A DNA stretch of 64,000 bases, from assembly GCA_938003925.1 (NCBI GenBank), contig CALKWQ010000016.1:16363-80362 (forward strand). Reading direction: 5' to 3'. The position numbers and the translations under genes are program-made. This DNA is from an uncultured bacterium (GTDB lineage Bacteria; Patescibacteriota; Patescibacteriia; Patescibacteriales; UBA12465). The notes below the pieces were generated by a model. That model saw nothing but the letters and a program-made list of their open reading frames with translations. It searched no databases and had not been told where the DNA came from. Shown here piece by piece: positions 1 to 7,850 of the stretch (position 1 is its first letter; each line of letters begins with the position of its first letter).

Positions 1-1
1 T

Positions 2-364
2 TTTGCAGTACAAGCATATGGGGTTGGTATAGACGATCTTGATAGGCTATGGGTTTATGATGCAGTTGGGCAATTACATTTAATGACTCCGTTTATACCA
101 GCGTCTGTTGAACTTGAGTATGGTCAAACTTCGTATGACTACCAAGGTGTGCCAATTAATTCAAATGTTAGTGTAAACGCATATGATACAAGCCATATAC
201 GTATAGCCAGACCAGTTACTCTAACAATAGAAGGCATAAATTGTCAATTTGAAGACGGAACTAGAACAAAAAATATTAGTACTAGCGCTGATACTAATAC
301 AATAGTTCCAATAATTATAACAGGATCAGGCTATTTTAGAATAGCTGCCACATTAGGAGTATAA
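2..364 (+). CDS. virion protein, 3' part of a gene that starts upstream of the window
   Basis: The frame of ORF 83..364 stays open back to nt 2 (FAVQAYGVGIDDLDRLWVYDAVGQLHL precedes the first Met), so the window edge cuts the gene. Its stop lies 1 nt before the next start. Confidence 0.5.
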   Translation, partial: FAVQAYGVGIDDLDRLWVYDAVGQLHLMTPFIPASVELEYGQTSYDYQGVPINSNVSVNAYDTSHIRIARPVTLTIEGINCQFEDGTRTKNISTSADTNTIVPIIITGSGYFRIAATLGV

Positions 365-365
365 T

Positions 366-941
366 ATGTTATTAACGGCTACTACTAAAGAAGGTGTGGT
401 TCATCTTCATGGTGGAGGCTTTAAAGAAGGCTTTATTCCAGTATTTACTAGTGGAATACATGTTACTTCTATTAGAAATGAAAAGCCATCAGCTATTATT
501 ATAGCTGATGGCTATGTCTCTACAAAAATAAATTGGGCGTGGTGTGTATCTTACGGTAAATTTTTATTAGGACATAATTTAAACTATACCAGTACTTATA
601 TAGGTGTAAGTGATAGAACCAGAGAAAATGCTCAAGCAGATCCATGCTATTTAGGCATAGAGGTAAAGAATAATACTAAATACTCAATAGGTGGTATGGT
701 GCCTATTGAGTATAAACTTACATGTATGCAGGGTGAATTTATATCAATACCTATTCCTGACTCTATGGGTTATATAGTATCAGTACCAGCTAATATGCTT
801 GGCCTTAGAGTCAGTAAAACTAATACTGCTATTAGTGGTATAGTTGAATTTCATGGTACAAAAATGTTTACAATAGGCACAAGCAATGGTAGCCTAATTA
901 ATATTATAATTAATTCTAATCTTATTAAAAGAATATATTAG
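366..941 (+). CDS. hypothetical virion protein (fibre-module neighbour)
   Basis: 191-aa ORF packed directly against its neighbours on the late strand. No motif recognised. Confidence 0.45.
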   Translation: MLLTATTKEGVVHLHGGGFKEGFIPVFTSGIHVTSIRNEKPSAIIIADGYVSTKINWAWCVSYGKFLLGHNLNYTSTYIGVSDRTRENAQADPCYLGIEVKNNTKYSIGGMVPIEYKLTCMQGEFISIPIPDSMGYIVSVPANMLGLRVSKTNTAISGIVEFHGTKMFTIGTSNGSLINIIINSNLIKRIY

Positions 942-949
942 GAGGCTTT

Positions 950-1447
950 ATGAGTAAGTATAGTTCAGAAATAATAGGTAATGAATTTTTAATAAAAGAT
1001 ACTAATAGTGGTATAACTATTATACGACAAATGTTCAATCCTGAAACAGGCTTAGATTTCGCCTCAGCTGAAGAGGCTACAGAATTTATGAATAGAACTT
1101 ATGGGTATATGCTTGATGAACAAGTTGAAGTAACTAATGATATGATTATTACATTTGGTAATACAGTTGTAAGTAAAGTATCAGAGCTATTAAATGAATT
1201 TGCACGTAGTTATAGATATGATAGCATAGATTCTATTAGTAAGTATATAAATATTTCCATTTCTGACTCAGATCCTGATGCTACAATAATGCAGAGGTAT
1301 AAAGATGAGGCTAATAATATGGCTAAGTATACTGCACAATGCTGGGCCTATGTAGAACGAGTTCTGCTTGAATGCACTATTAATAAACAGTTACCACTTA
1401 TTGAAGACATTATTAATAATATGCCTACTGTACCTAAACTAGGATAA
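950..1447 (+). CDS. hypothetical protein
   Basis: 165-aa ORF with AGGAGG 4 nt upstream of the ATG (ttaggaggctttATG). No motif recognised. Confidence 0.5.
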   Translation: MSKYSSEIIGNEFLIKDTNSGITIIRQMFNPETGLDFASAEEATEFMNRTYGYMLDEQVEVTNDMIITFGNTVVSKVSELLNEFARSYRYDSIDSISKYINISISDSDPDATIMQRYKDEANNMAKYTAQCWAYVERVLLECTINKQLPLIEDIINNMPTVPKLG

Positions 1448-1452
1448 TTAAC

Positions 1453-2043
1453 ATGGCTAGAACTGGTGTAAAAAGTTCACAAATTACAGATGAGTCTATA
1501 GAACGTCAGGACTTATGCTCAACTATAGAAGGAAAGTCTGTAATAAAAAAGATTATACCAGGAGCTGGTATTAGTATAGCCAGTACTGGTGCTGATCAAG
1601 GTACTGGCGATGTTACTATATCTGTAGATAGTAATAGTATCTATAATCAACAGATTTTTACTCAACCTGTTGAGTCTACTAATTGGACTATAGTGCATGA
1701 ATTGAATAGCTATCCTGAAGTAGTTATTATTGATGCTGACGGCAATAGAGTATACTGTGACCTAATTTATCACAATAATTCCACAGTTGAAGCAATATTT
1801 AAAGAAGATATTAGTGGTATTGCTGCTCTAACATCAACTAAACTACCACAAGTTGAGTTTATTCAATTTGAAGCTAATAGCATATGGTCAATACAACATA
1901 ATCTAAATCGTTATCCAGATGTCATTATACTAGACTCTAGTATGGATAATACACGCATATACGGTGATATAAAATACATAGATAATAATTCATTAGTTGT
2001 TTTATTTAATAGTGCTTTAACTGGTAGGTTATATCTTATATAA
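1453..2043 (+). CDS. fibre-associated protein with two tandem HNL-type beta-sandwich modules
   Basis: There is an internal duplication: NWTIVHELNSYPEVVIIDADGNRVYCDLIYHNNSTVEAIF versus IWSIQHNLNRYPDVIILDSSMDNTRIYGDIKYIDNNSLVVLF. The same module ends the next gene. Confidence 0.55.
   Translation: MARTGVKSSQITDESIERQDLCSTIEGKSVIKKIIPGAGISIASTGADQGTGDVTISVDSNSIYNQQIFTQPVESTNWTIVHELNSYPEVVIIDADGNRVYCDLIYHNNSTVEAIFKEDISGIAALTSTKLPQVEFIQFEANSIWSIQHNLNRYPDVIILDSSMDNTRIYGDIKYIDNNSLVVLFNSALTGRLYLI
1651..2025 (+). repeat. tandem protein-level duplication (~55 aa x2) of the W-x-I-x-H-x-L-N..P-x-V module
   Basis: Aligned by eye from the ORF translation, aa 67-122 against aa 134-191. Confidence 0.6.
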
Positions 2044-2053
2044 GGAGATAAAT

Positions 2054-3433
2054 ATGTCTAAGTTTTTAAATGGAATTGATCTAGCATTAACTGAGTTAAA
2101 AAATGCGTGCGTTCAAACATTAGCGTCAGATCCAACGTATAAAGAAGCTCAAGTATTTTATCATTCTGGACTAAAAACGCTTAGAGTAGGCTCTAATGGT
2201 AGTTTTGATTCAGCTGTACTTGAGAGTCAAAAAGGAGCGGCTAATGGAGTGGCTTCATTAAATGCTTCCAGTTTGGTAGTACAAAATCCAGCTAATGCAC
2301 AAGTTGCTGCTGGAGCGAGTAAGATACCAATAGCTGGAGTTGGTGGTAAGCTGGATGTGTCTTGGCTTCCATTGGGAACTGGTAATGGTATAGACGCTGA
2401 TAAACTAGATGGTCAAGATGGAGCATATTATCTTGATAGATCTAATCATACAGGTACCCAGTTAGCTAACACTATAAGCGATTTCGATACACAAGTAAGG
2501 GCTAATAGACTAGATCAGATGGCAGTACCTACAGCTGCCATATCTATGAATAATCAAAAACTAATTAACTTAGCCACACCAACACTTGATACTGATGGTG
2601 TAACAAAAGGTTATGTTGATGGTTTATTACAGGGTCTTGATGCTAAAGGCTCAGTTAAAGTAGCGACAGTGGCTAATATAACTTTATCAGGTGTACAAAC
2701 AATAGATGGTATTGTAGTGGCGGCTAATGATAGAGTTCTTGTTAAAAATCAAACTATTGCGTCTCAAAATGGCATATATACTGTAGCCGCTGGTGCATGG
2801 CTAAGAGCTTCAGATGCTGATACTTGGGCAGAGTTACAATCAGCGTATGTTTTTGTTGAACAAGGTACAGCACAATCAGATACTGGCTGGACTTGTACTA
2901 TAAATGCTAGTGGTACTTTAGGTACAACAGATATCACATGGACTCAGTTTACTTCTGCTGGAGATACAACTGCTTCTAATGTTAATACCTTAGGTATAGG
3001 TGTTTATAAACAAAAAACTGGAACAAATTTAGAGTTTAGGGGCATAAATGTATCAAGTAAGCTAAGTGCTACTTTAAATAATACTAATAATACTATAGAT
3101 CTAGATATTACTGAATCCAGTCTTTCTTTGACAAATATTGGTGGCACTCTTACTGTCGCTAAAGGAGGCACCGGTGGAACAACAGCAGCAGCGGCAAAGT
3201 CTAATTTAGGTTTTACTACTAAGTATGTACAAAATATAGGCGATGGTATAGCTACGTCTATAGTGGTAACACATAATTTAGGAACTACAGATGTATGTAT
3301 TGAGGTCTATGAAACTGCATCACCTTTTGCAAAAGTTTATCCTGATGTATTACATACAAGTACAAATACAATAACGCTTAATTTTGGACTAGCTCCTACA
3401 GCCAGTCAGTATAAAGTTGTAGTGATAGGATAA
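2054..3433 (+). CDS. tail fibre protein
   Basis: It carries motifs I recognise from phage fibres: GIDADKLDGQDGAYYLDRSNHTGTQ, DRVLVKNQTIASQNGIYTVAAGAWLRASDADTW and GGTLTVAKGGTGGTTAAAAKSNLG. The RBS is taaggagataaatATG. Confidence 0.75.
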   Translation: MSKFLNGIDLALTELKNACVQTLASDPTYKEAQVFYHSGLKTLRVGSNGSFDSAVLESQKGAANGVASLNASSLVVQNPANAQVAAGASKIPIAGVGGKLDVSWLPLGTGNGIDADKLDGQDGAYYLDRSNHTGTQLANTISDFDTQVRANRLDQMAVPTAAISMNNQKLINLATPTLDTDGVTKGYVDGLLQGLDAKGSVKVATVANITLSGVQTIDGIVVAANDRVLVKNQTIASQNGIYTVAAGAWLRASDADTWAELQSAYVFVEQGTAQSDTGWTCTINASGTLGTTDITWTQFTSAGDTTASNVNTLGIGVYKQKTGTNLEFRGINVSSKLSATLNNTNNTIDLDITESSLSLTNIGGTLTVAKGGTGGTTAAAAKSNLGFTTKYVQNIGDGIATSIVVTHNLGTTDVCIEVYETASPFAKVYPDVLHTSTNTITLNFGLAPTASQYKVVVIG

Positions 3434-3437
3434 CATT

Positions 3438-3917
3438 ATGGCACAAGATTTCAAAACGCCTATAACTGTAAACGGTGTCCCTGTTTCCATGCAGGGGCAC
3501 CAGCATGACTTTGATACTTTTCCAGTTCTATGTGCTAAAGTAGGAAAGTCAGCCACCCAGAACTATGCTGCTAACACCACCACAAAAGTTACATGGAATG
3601 TGTCACGCTTTAACAATGGCTTAACTGCTGATCTAGCTAATAGCAGGATTACAGTGCCACCAACCATTAGCGGTGTTGGAATATTTGATATTAGAGCTAA
3701 TATAGATCTTAGCGGCACATCAACCATGTATATTTATGTTTATGTTAATGGTGTGCTAGAAGATACGCCATACTATATATCTACGGCTTTAAACCAACAT
3801 TGGGTATCAACTATGCTTCAGTTAACTCCTGATGATTATGTAGAAATATATATTAGAGGTGGTACAGCTAGAACTATAAACACTATGTCATCATTTTCTA
3901 TTAGGCAGGTGGCATAA
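3438..3917 (+). CDS. possible C1q/TNF-like jelly-roll fibre tip protein
   Basis: The pattern GIFDIRANIDL...MYIYVYVNGV...STMLQLTPDDYVEIYI resembles the C1q-type beta-sandwich signature. The gene sits directly after the fibre gene. Confidence 0.4.
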   Translation: MAQDFKTPITVNGVPVSMQGHQHDFDTFPVLCAKVGKSATQNYAANTTTKVTWNVSRFNNGLTADLANSRITVPPTISGVGIFDIRANIDLSGTSTMYIYVYVNGVLEDTPYYISTALNQHWVSTMLQLTPDDYVEIYIRGGTARTINTMSSFSIRQVA

Positions 3918-4480
3918 TGATAGATTACTACGCATGTATAAAATTAAAATTTCCTACTATATCTGACACCGCTTTTGAACTAACAGACATAGATGGAAAT
4001 ATATCAATAACTAAATGGGATGAAGCTTATGGTCAGCAACCAACTATGCTTGAGCTAAATGATATACATCTTAGTGTTGTCAAAAAGAATGCTCTAGCAG
4101 AAGTAAAGGAGCTTAGAAGACTTGGACTAGACAAAGCTGCATTAAGCGCTGGCATATTAGCTATATATGATGGTAACTATTTAGCAGCGATAGAACTACT
4201 TGAACATAGAGAAACAACAGTCTTAAAAAATGGCATGACTGCTATTGATTATTTAGCTGGCTTTGGAGCAAAATTAGGTATGTCTGCCAGTCAATTCGCT
4301 AGCTATGTAGTGTCAGAAAATAGACGTGTTGGCCCAACTGCTTATGAAGTAGAAAAAATGTATTTAGCTTTAACATATGCTGGATGTGCTGAGCATAATA
4401 TTCCACCAATAAATGCAATGACTTCTGAAGAACAGATACTAAATGCTATAGATATGTATAAAACATTTTGCTGCATATAG
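3917..4480 (+). CDS. hypothetical protein (possible fibre accessory/assembly factor)
   Basis: Its ATGA start overlaps the upstream stop. The N-terminus KFPTISDTAFELTDIDGNISITKWDEAYGQQPTMLEL weakly recalls XkdW-type proteins. Confidence 0.4.
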   Translation: MIDYYACIKLKFPTISDTAFELTDIDGNISITKWDEAYGQQPTMLELNDIHLSVVKKNALAEVKELRRLGLDKAALSAGILAIYDGNYLAAIELLEHRETTVLKNGMTAIDYLAGFGAKLGMSASQFASYVVSENRRVGPTAYEVEKMYLALTYAGCAEHNIPPINAMTSEEQILNAIDMYKTFCCI

Positions 4481-4491
4481 GAGTTATACTT

Positions 4492-4992
4492 ATGGAACTA
4501 AAGCCTCTAGATATAGTATGTGTACACGGGTTAAGATATAATATGGCCCATTTAATGATTAAATGGCGTAGTCTTGATAATATAGTACACTGTTTTACCT
4601 TAAAAGACGAAGATGGCTATGGATATAATCCTTTATTCTCAGGCATGGAAATAGACCATATATCAAAATATAGTGGTAGATATGTCACTATTTGTAGGCA
4701 CAAGTATATACAAGAAGGTAAAATAAAGACTATTTTAGACTGGTGTGAGTCAAAATATAAGCTATCAAAAAAGTATGATTTTATTAACCAATGGCTATTT
4801 GGTTTTATACTAGGCTTTACTAGTAAAAGTTTAGTTAATAATGAGAACGCTTGGACATGTTCTGAATTTCCTTATTGGATGTTTCAAGATAATGGTGTTA
4901 GCATAACTTCTGTAGAAGAATCATTACCATTACCTAGACTATTTAAATATCATAATGACTTTGAAATAATTTTTGAAGGCAAATTACCTTAG
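4492..4992 (+). CDS. possible permuted papain-like (YiiX/NlpC-P60-type) cysteine peptidase
   Basis: The His-then-Cys order (NIVHCFTL ... NAWTCSEFPYW) is typical of permuted papain-like amidases. I prefer the ATG at 4492 (GGAG 8 nt upstream) over the track start at 4468. Confidence 0.4.
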   Translation: MELKPLDIVCVHGLRYNMAHLMIKWRSLDNIVHCFTLKDEDGYGYNPLFSGMEIDHISKYSGRYVTICRHKYIQEGKIKTILDWCESKYKLSKKYDFINQWLFGFILGFTSKSLVNNENAWTCSEFPYWMFQDNGVSITSVEESLPLPRLFKYHNDFEIIFEGKLP

Positions 4993-5101
4993 GAGGCTAC
5001 TATGTACCCTAAATTTTTTCCTGACTGATAAACTATTGGACCTAAGTATTGCTCAAGCAAAATATATCATTAAATTATTTGGGTGGTGTCTATTTTCCAC
5101 A

Positions 5102-5110
5102 TGATATAAA
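5102..5110 (+). promoter_or_regulatory. candidate extended -10 promoter element (TGaTATAAA)
   Basis: TGATATAAA lies 43 nt upstream of the ATG at 5153, in a 160-nt intergenic gap. No good -35 element is present. Confidence 0.25.
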
Positions 5111-5152
5111 ATGTTGGTTAATTGATACTCTTAATTATTAAGGAGATACTTT

Positions 5153-5995
5153 ATGAAGATGACACAAGAGAATTTATCTATAAATAAGGGCTTAGCTTTT
5201 AATACCGTTCTAGAGTATAAAGAGGATGGTAAAAAAGTTTTTATGGATTTTACAGACTATACTTTTAAGGCTCAGTTTAGAACTGCTAAAAATAACCTAG
5301 CTCCTTTAGTAGTGACAGTAGTACCTACCGTAGTAGGCCTTGGTCAGATTAAACTAAGCTTATCAGAAGCTCAAACATCTATGTTTCCTGGTACTGCAGC
5401 ATTCTATGATGTATTGGCAAAATCTAGTACTGGTAATCCAGAGCCGATTTTCCAAGGTACTGTTGCACTAACTGATATAGTGACACAATGGGAAAATACT
5501 CCTCCAATAACTACAGCCTCAGTACTGTCTGGTGTATATAATGTTAATAAGACTGTAGAACTTTCAGCTAATGAAGTAGGGGCTAAAATTTATTATACAG
5601 TCGATGGCTCAGTTCCTACTACCGCTTCATTACTTTATACTTCAGCCTTAACAATAGCTGAAACTACAACTTTAAAATTCTTTGCAGTTGATACCGCAGG
5701 TAATTTAGAGGCTGTTCAGTCTATTATTTATACAATAGACAAAATAGCTCCTACTACAGTATGTAATATTGTAGCTGACGCTTCCATAGCTACTACAGAT
5801 GATATTACTTTAACAGCAGATGAAACAGCAACTATTTACTATACTACTAATGGTACAACTCCAACTACAAGTTCTACTGAGTATACTGCTCCATTCCAAT
5901 TAACAGCTGGTAATTATACTATTAAGTTCTTTGCAGTAGATACAGCTGGTAATGTTGAAGCAGTTAAAACAATTTCTAACATTACTGTAGCATAA
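5153..5995 (+). CDS. Ig-like virion surface protein with two chitobiase/hexosaminidase-C-like (CHB_HEX_C-type) repeats
   Basis: Two repeats are visible: AKIYYTVDGSVPTTASLLYTSALTIAETTTLKFFAVDTAGNLEAV and ATIYYTTNGTTPTTSSTEYTAPFQLTAGNYTIKFFAVDTAGNVEAV. The gene has its own RBS (aaggagatactttATG) and is followed by two hairpins. Confidence 0.6.
   Translation: MKMTQENLSINKGLAFNTVLEYKEDGKKVFMDFTDYTFKAQFRTAKNNLAPLVVTVVPTVVGLGQIKLSLSEAQTSMFPGTAAFYDVLAKSSTGNPEPIFQGTVALTDIVTQWENTPPITTASVLSGVYNVNKTVELSANEVGAKIYYTVDGSVPTTASLLYTSALTIAETTTLKFFAVDTAGNLEAVQSIIYTIDKIAPTTVCNIVADASIATTDDITLTADETATIYYTTNGTTPTTSSTEYTAPFQLTAGNYTIKFFAVDTAGNVEAVKTISNITVA
5507..5995 (+). repeat. tandem ~80-aa domain repeat inside the 280-aa protein
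   Basis: Similarity is still visible at the DNA level: ttctttgcagttgataccgcaggtaat versus ttctttgcagtagatacagctggtaat. Confidence 0.7.
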
Positions 5996-6004
5996 TATGC
6001 AGAA

Positions 6005-6064
6005 AGTCTCAGATGAGACTCTAACAACCCGTAGCTTAAAAAGACAACTTTTAAGCTACGGGTT
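6005..6064 (+). terminator. double hairpin / intrinsic terminator candidate
   Basis: The first hairpin is AGTCTC-agat-GAGACT (6005-6020). The second is a 16-bp perfect stem, AACCCGTAGCTTAAAA / TTTTAAGCTACGGGTT (6026-6064). There is only a weak T-tract afterwards. Confidence 0.6.
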
Positions 6065-6098
6065 AAAGAGTTTATGAAAAATTTGGAGAGGCAAGTTT

Positions 6099-7385
6099 AT
6101 GAAACCAACAGCACAGGATCTACAGATAGTAAATAGCCGTTTACCGGGTACTAGCTTATCTGAGTCTCAAATTGAGATACTACCATTTAGACTATTTGAT
6201 AACCAGCAGACTGATAGATATACACATATGTCTATGGAAATGCTAAGAAAATTAGTTAAAGACGCTAATGAGGGTAAAATAGCTCTTAATAGTCTGCATA
6301 GGTCTAATTCAACTCTTCCTGTAGGTAGATCAGTAGAAGCTAGGCTTTTATCAACTGGTGATCTAACAGAAGTACAAGTTAAAATGTATGCAGTAACTGC
6401 TAGACCAGATGGTTCTATAATGGAAGATGGCAAAGATTTAGCCGACCGTTATAATACTGGTGCAGTATATGCTTGCTCAGCTGGTGTATATGTTGGTTAC
6501 TATAAATGTTCAATTTGCGGTAACGATATAAGAGACTGGCAAAACTGTGACCATTACCCTGGTGAAACATATGTCATAGACGAAAAGCCTACTACTTGTA
6601 CTGCTTTAATGACTGGTAAAGATATTCAAGATGGTATAGCTATGGATTGTGGTTGCTATGAGTGCTCAGCAGTAACTGCTGGTGGTGTCCGTAATGCCTC
6701 TATACTAACTGATACATTTAGTCAGTATGATAAGACTACAGATATTAAAGATTTTAAAAAAGCTCAATTTGATAAGTCATTATCAGATACTATAACACTT
6801 ATGCCATTTAGTATAGACAATAACACAAATAGGGAGGAAGTAAATATGTCTGATCAAGATAAGGGTCTGCTACAAAAAAATTATGAGCTAATTGAGGCTA
6901 AAGCTAAAGTAGATGTAGAGCTAGTGACAGTAAAAGCTGAATTCGCTAATGCTCAAACTGCATTAGCTAATGCTAATGCTAAGCTATCAGCTACTGAAAC
7001 CGAGTTTGAGGCTAGCAAAGTAGCTTTAGCTGATGCACTAGCATCAAAAGAAGAATTTGCTAAGAAAGTAGAGACAGCTGAAGCAGCTCTTTTAGCCACG
7101 AAGGAAGAATTTGAAACTAAGGAAAAAGGGTTTGAAGCTAGTAAAGCTGAGTTAGAAGCTTTTAAAGCTGCTTATATAGCAGTAGTTGAGGCTAATGGTG
7201 TTAAGATTAGTAGAGAAGCTGATTATTCTGCTAAAACAATTACTGAATTACTAAGTCTCAATGAAGAGTACTTAGCCGAAATAGCTAAACTTCCTTCTGG
7301 TCAGCAATCAGATTCAGGTGAAACTCAAATACCAGCAACTAATATTTATGCCGGTATTCCAGACGATATGTTTAAGTCTAACTAA
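6099..7385 (+). CDS. prohead protease / scaffold fusion protein
   Basis: The gene lies two genes upstream of the capsid gene. Its N-terminal globular half carries a Cys cluster (CSICGNDIRDWQNCDH). Its C-terminal ~180 aa form an A/E/K-rich coiled coil typical of scaffolds. The protease assignment rests on position and pattern only. Confidence 0.55.
   Translation: MKPTAQDLQIVNSRLPGTSLSESQIEILPFRLFDNQQTDRYTHMSMEMLRKLVKDANEGKIALNSLHRSNSTLPVGRSVEARLLSTGDLTEVQVKMYAVTARPDGSIMEDGKDLADRYNTGAVYACSAGVYVGYYKCSICGNDIRDWQNCDHYPGETYVIDEKPTTCTALMTGKDIQDGIAMDCGCYECSAVTAGGVRNASILTDTFSQYDKTTDIKDFKKAQFDKSLSDTITLMPFSIDNNTNREEVNMSDQDKGLLQKNYELIEAKAKVDVELVTVKAEFANAQTALANANAKLSATETEFEASKVALADALASKEEFAKKVETAEAALLATKEEFETKEKGFEASKAELEAFKAAYIAVVEANGVKISREADYSAKTITELLSLNEEYLAEIAKLPSGQQSDSGETQIPATNIYAGIPDDMFKSN
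6846..7385 (+). CDS. nested in-frame scaffold protein (internal start, lambda C/Nu3-like arrangement)
   Basis: GGGAGGAAG (6832-6840) precedes an in-frame ATG at 6846 (Met250), exactly where the coiled-coil region begins (MSDQDKGLLQKNYELIEAKAK...). Confidence 0.45.
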   Translation: MSDQDKGLLQKNYELIEAKAKVDVELVTVKAEFANAQTALANANAKLSATETEFEASKVALADALASKEEFAKKVETAEAALLATKEEFETKEKGFEASKAELEAFKAAYIAVVEANGVKISREADYSAKTITELLSLNEEYLAEIAKLPSGQQSDSGETQIPATNIYAGIPDDMFKSN

Positions 7386-7399
7386 TAAAGGAGAACACA

Positions 7400-7828
7400 A
7401 TGAACATCAGTCATCAAGGTATTGGTACAGGTAATGGTCTTACTTATGCTTTAGCAGCCGCTCTAGTAGTAGCGGCAGGTCAACAAGCATCTTTTTCTGC
7501 TTTTAATAAGCTGGCAGCTAGAACGGCTATTCAAGGCCAGGTTGATTTAGCTCAGCCAGGGCATAGACCAGTAGGAGTTTTTGTAGACTGCTCACCTAAG
7601 GGTACTTCTGGTACTGTAGAAACTACTGGTTTTGAATGGGTAAAATACACTGGGACTAATCCAGCCGTAGGCGATACAGTTACAGTTGGTGCAGATGGTC
7701 AAGTAACTTTAGTGGCCGCTGGTACTGGTCTTGCAGTAGCATGCACAGTTGCTGAGCTTACCCAAGGCACTTGGCAAGTAGATCAGGTAGATACTGCTAA
7801 TAAAATGGTTCTTATTAATCTAGGCTAA
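7400..7828 (+). CDS. small capsid accessory (cement/decoration, DUF2190-like pattern)
   Basis: 142-aa Gly/Ala/Val/Thr-rich ORF between the scaffold and capsid genes. RBS is aaaggagaacacaATG. Confidence 0.45.
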   Translation: MNISHQGIGTGNGLTYALAAALVVAAGQQASFSAFNKLAARTAIQGQVDLAQPGHRPVGVFVDCSPKGTSGTVETTGFEWVKYTGTNPAVGDTVTVGADGQVTLVAAGTGLAVACTVAELTQGTWQVDQVDTANKMVLINLG

Positions 7829-7850
7829 TAAGCTAATAAAGGAGATGAGC

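Noticed and set aside
5034-5070. TTGGAC followed 17 nt later by AAAATA, considered as a promoter for the Ig-like protein gene.
   Set aside because: The -10 candidate matches TATAAT at only 2 of 6 positions. The downstream TGnTATAAA element is a better, though still weak, candidate.
6874-6880. The A7 run in the scaffold region and other A7/T7 runs (for example 12111 and 40077), considered as frameshift sites.
   Set aside because: No extended alternative-frame ORF follows them. Homopolymers of this length are expected in DNA this AT-rich.
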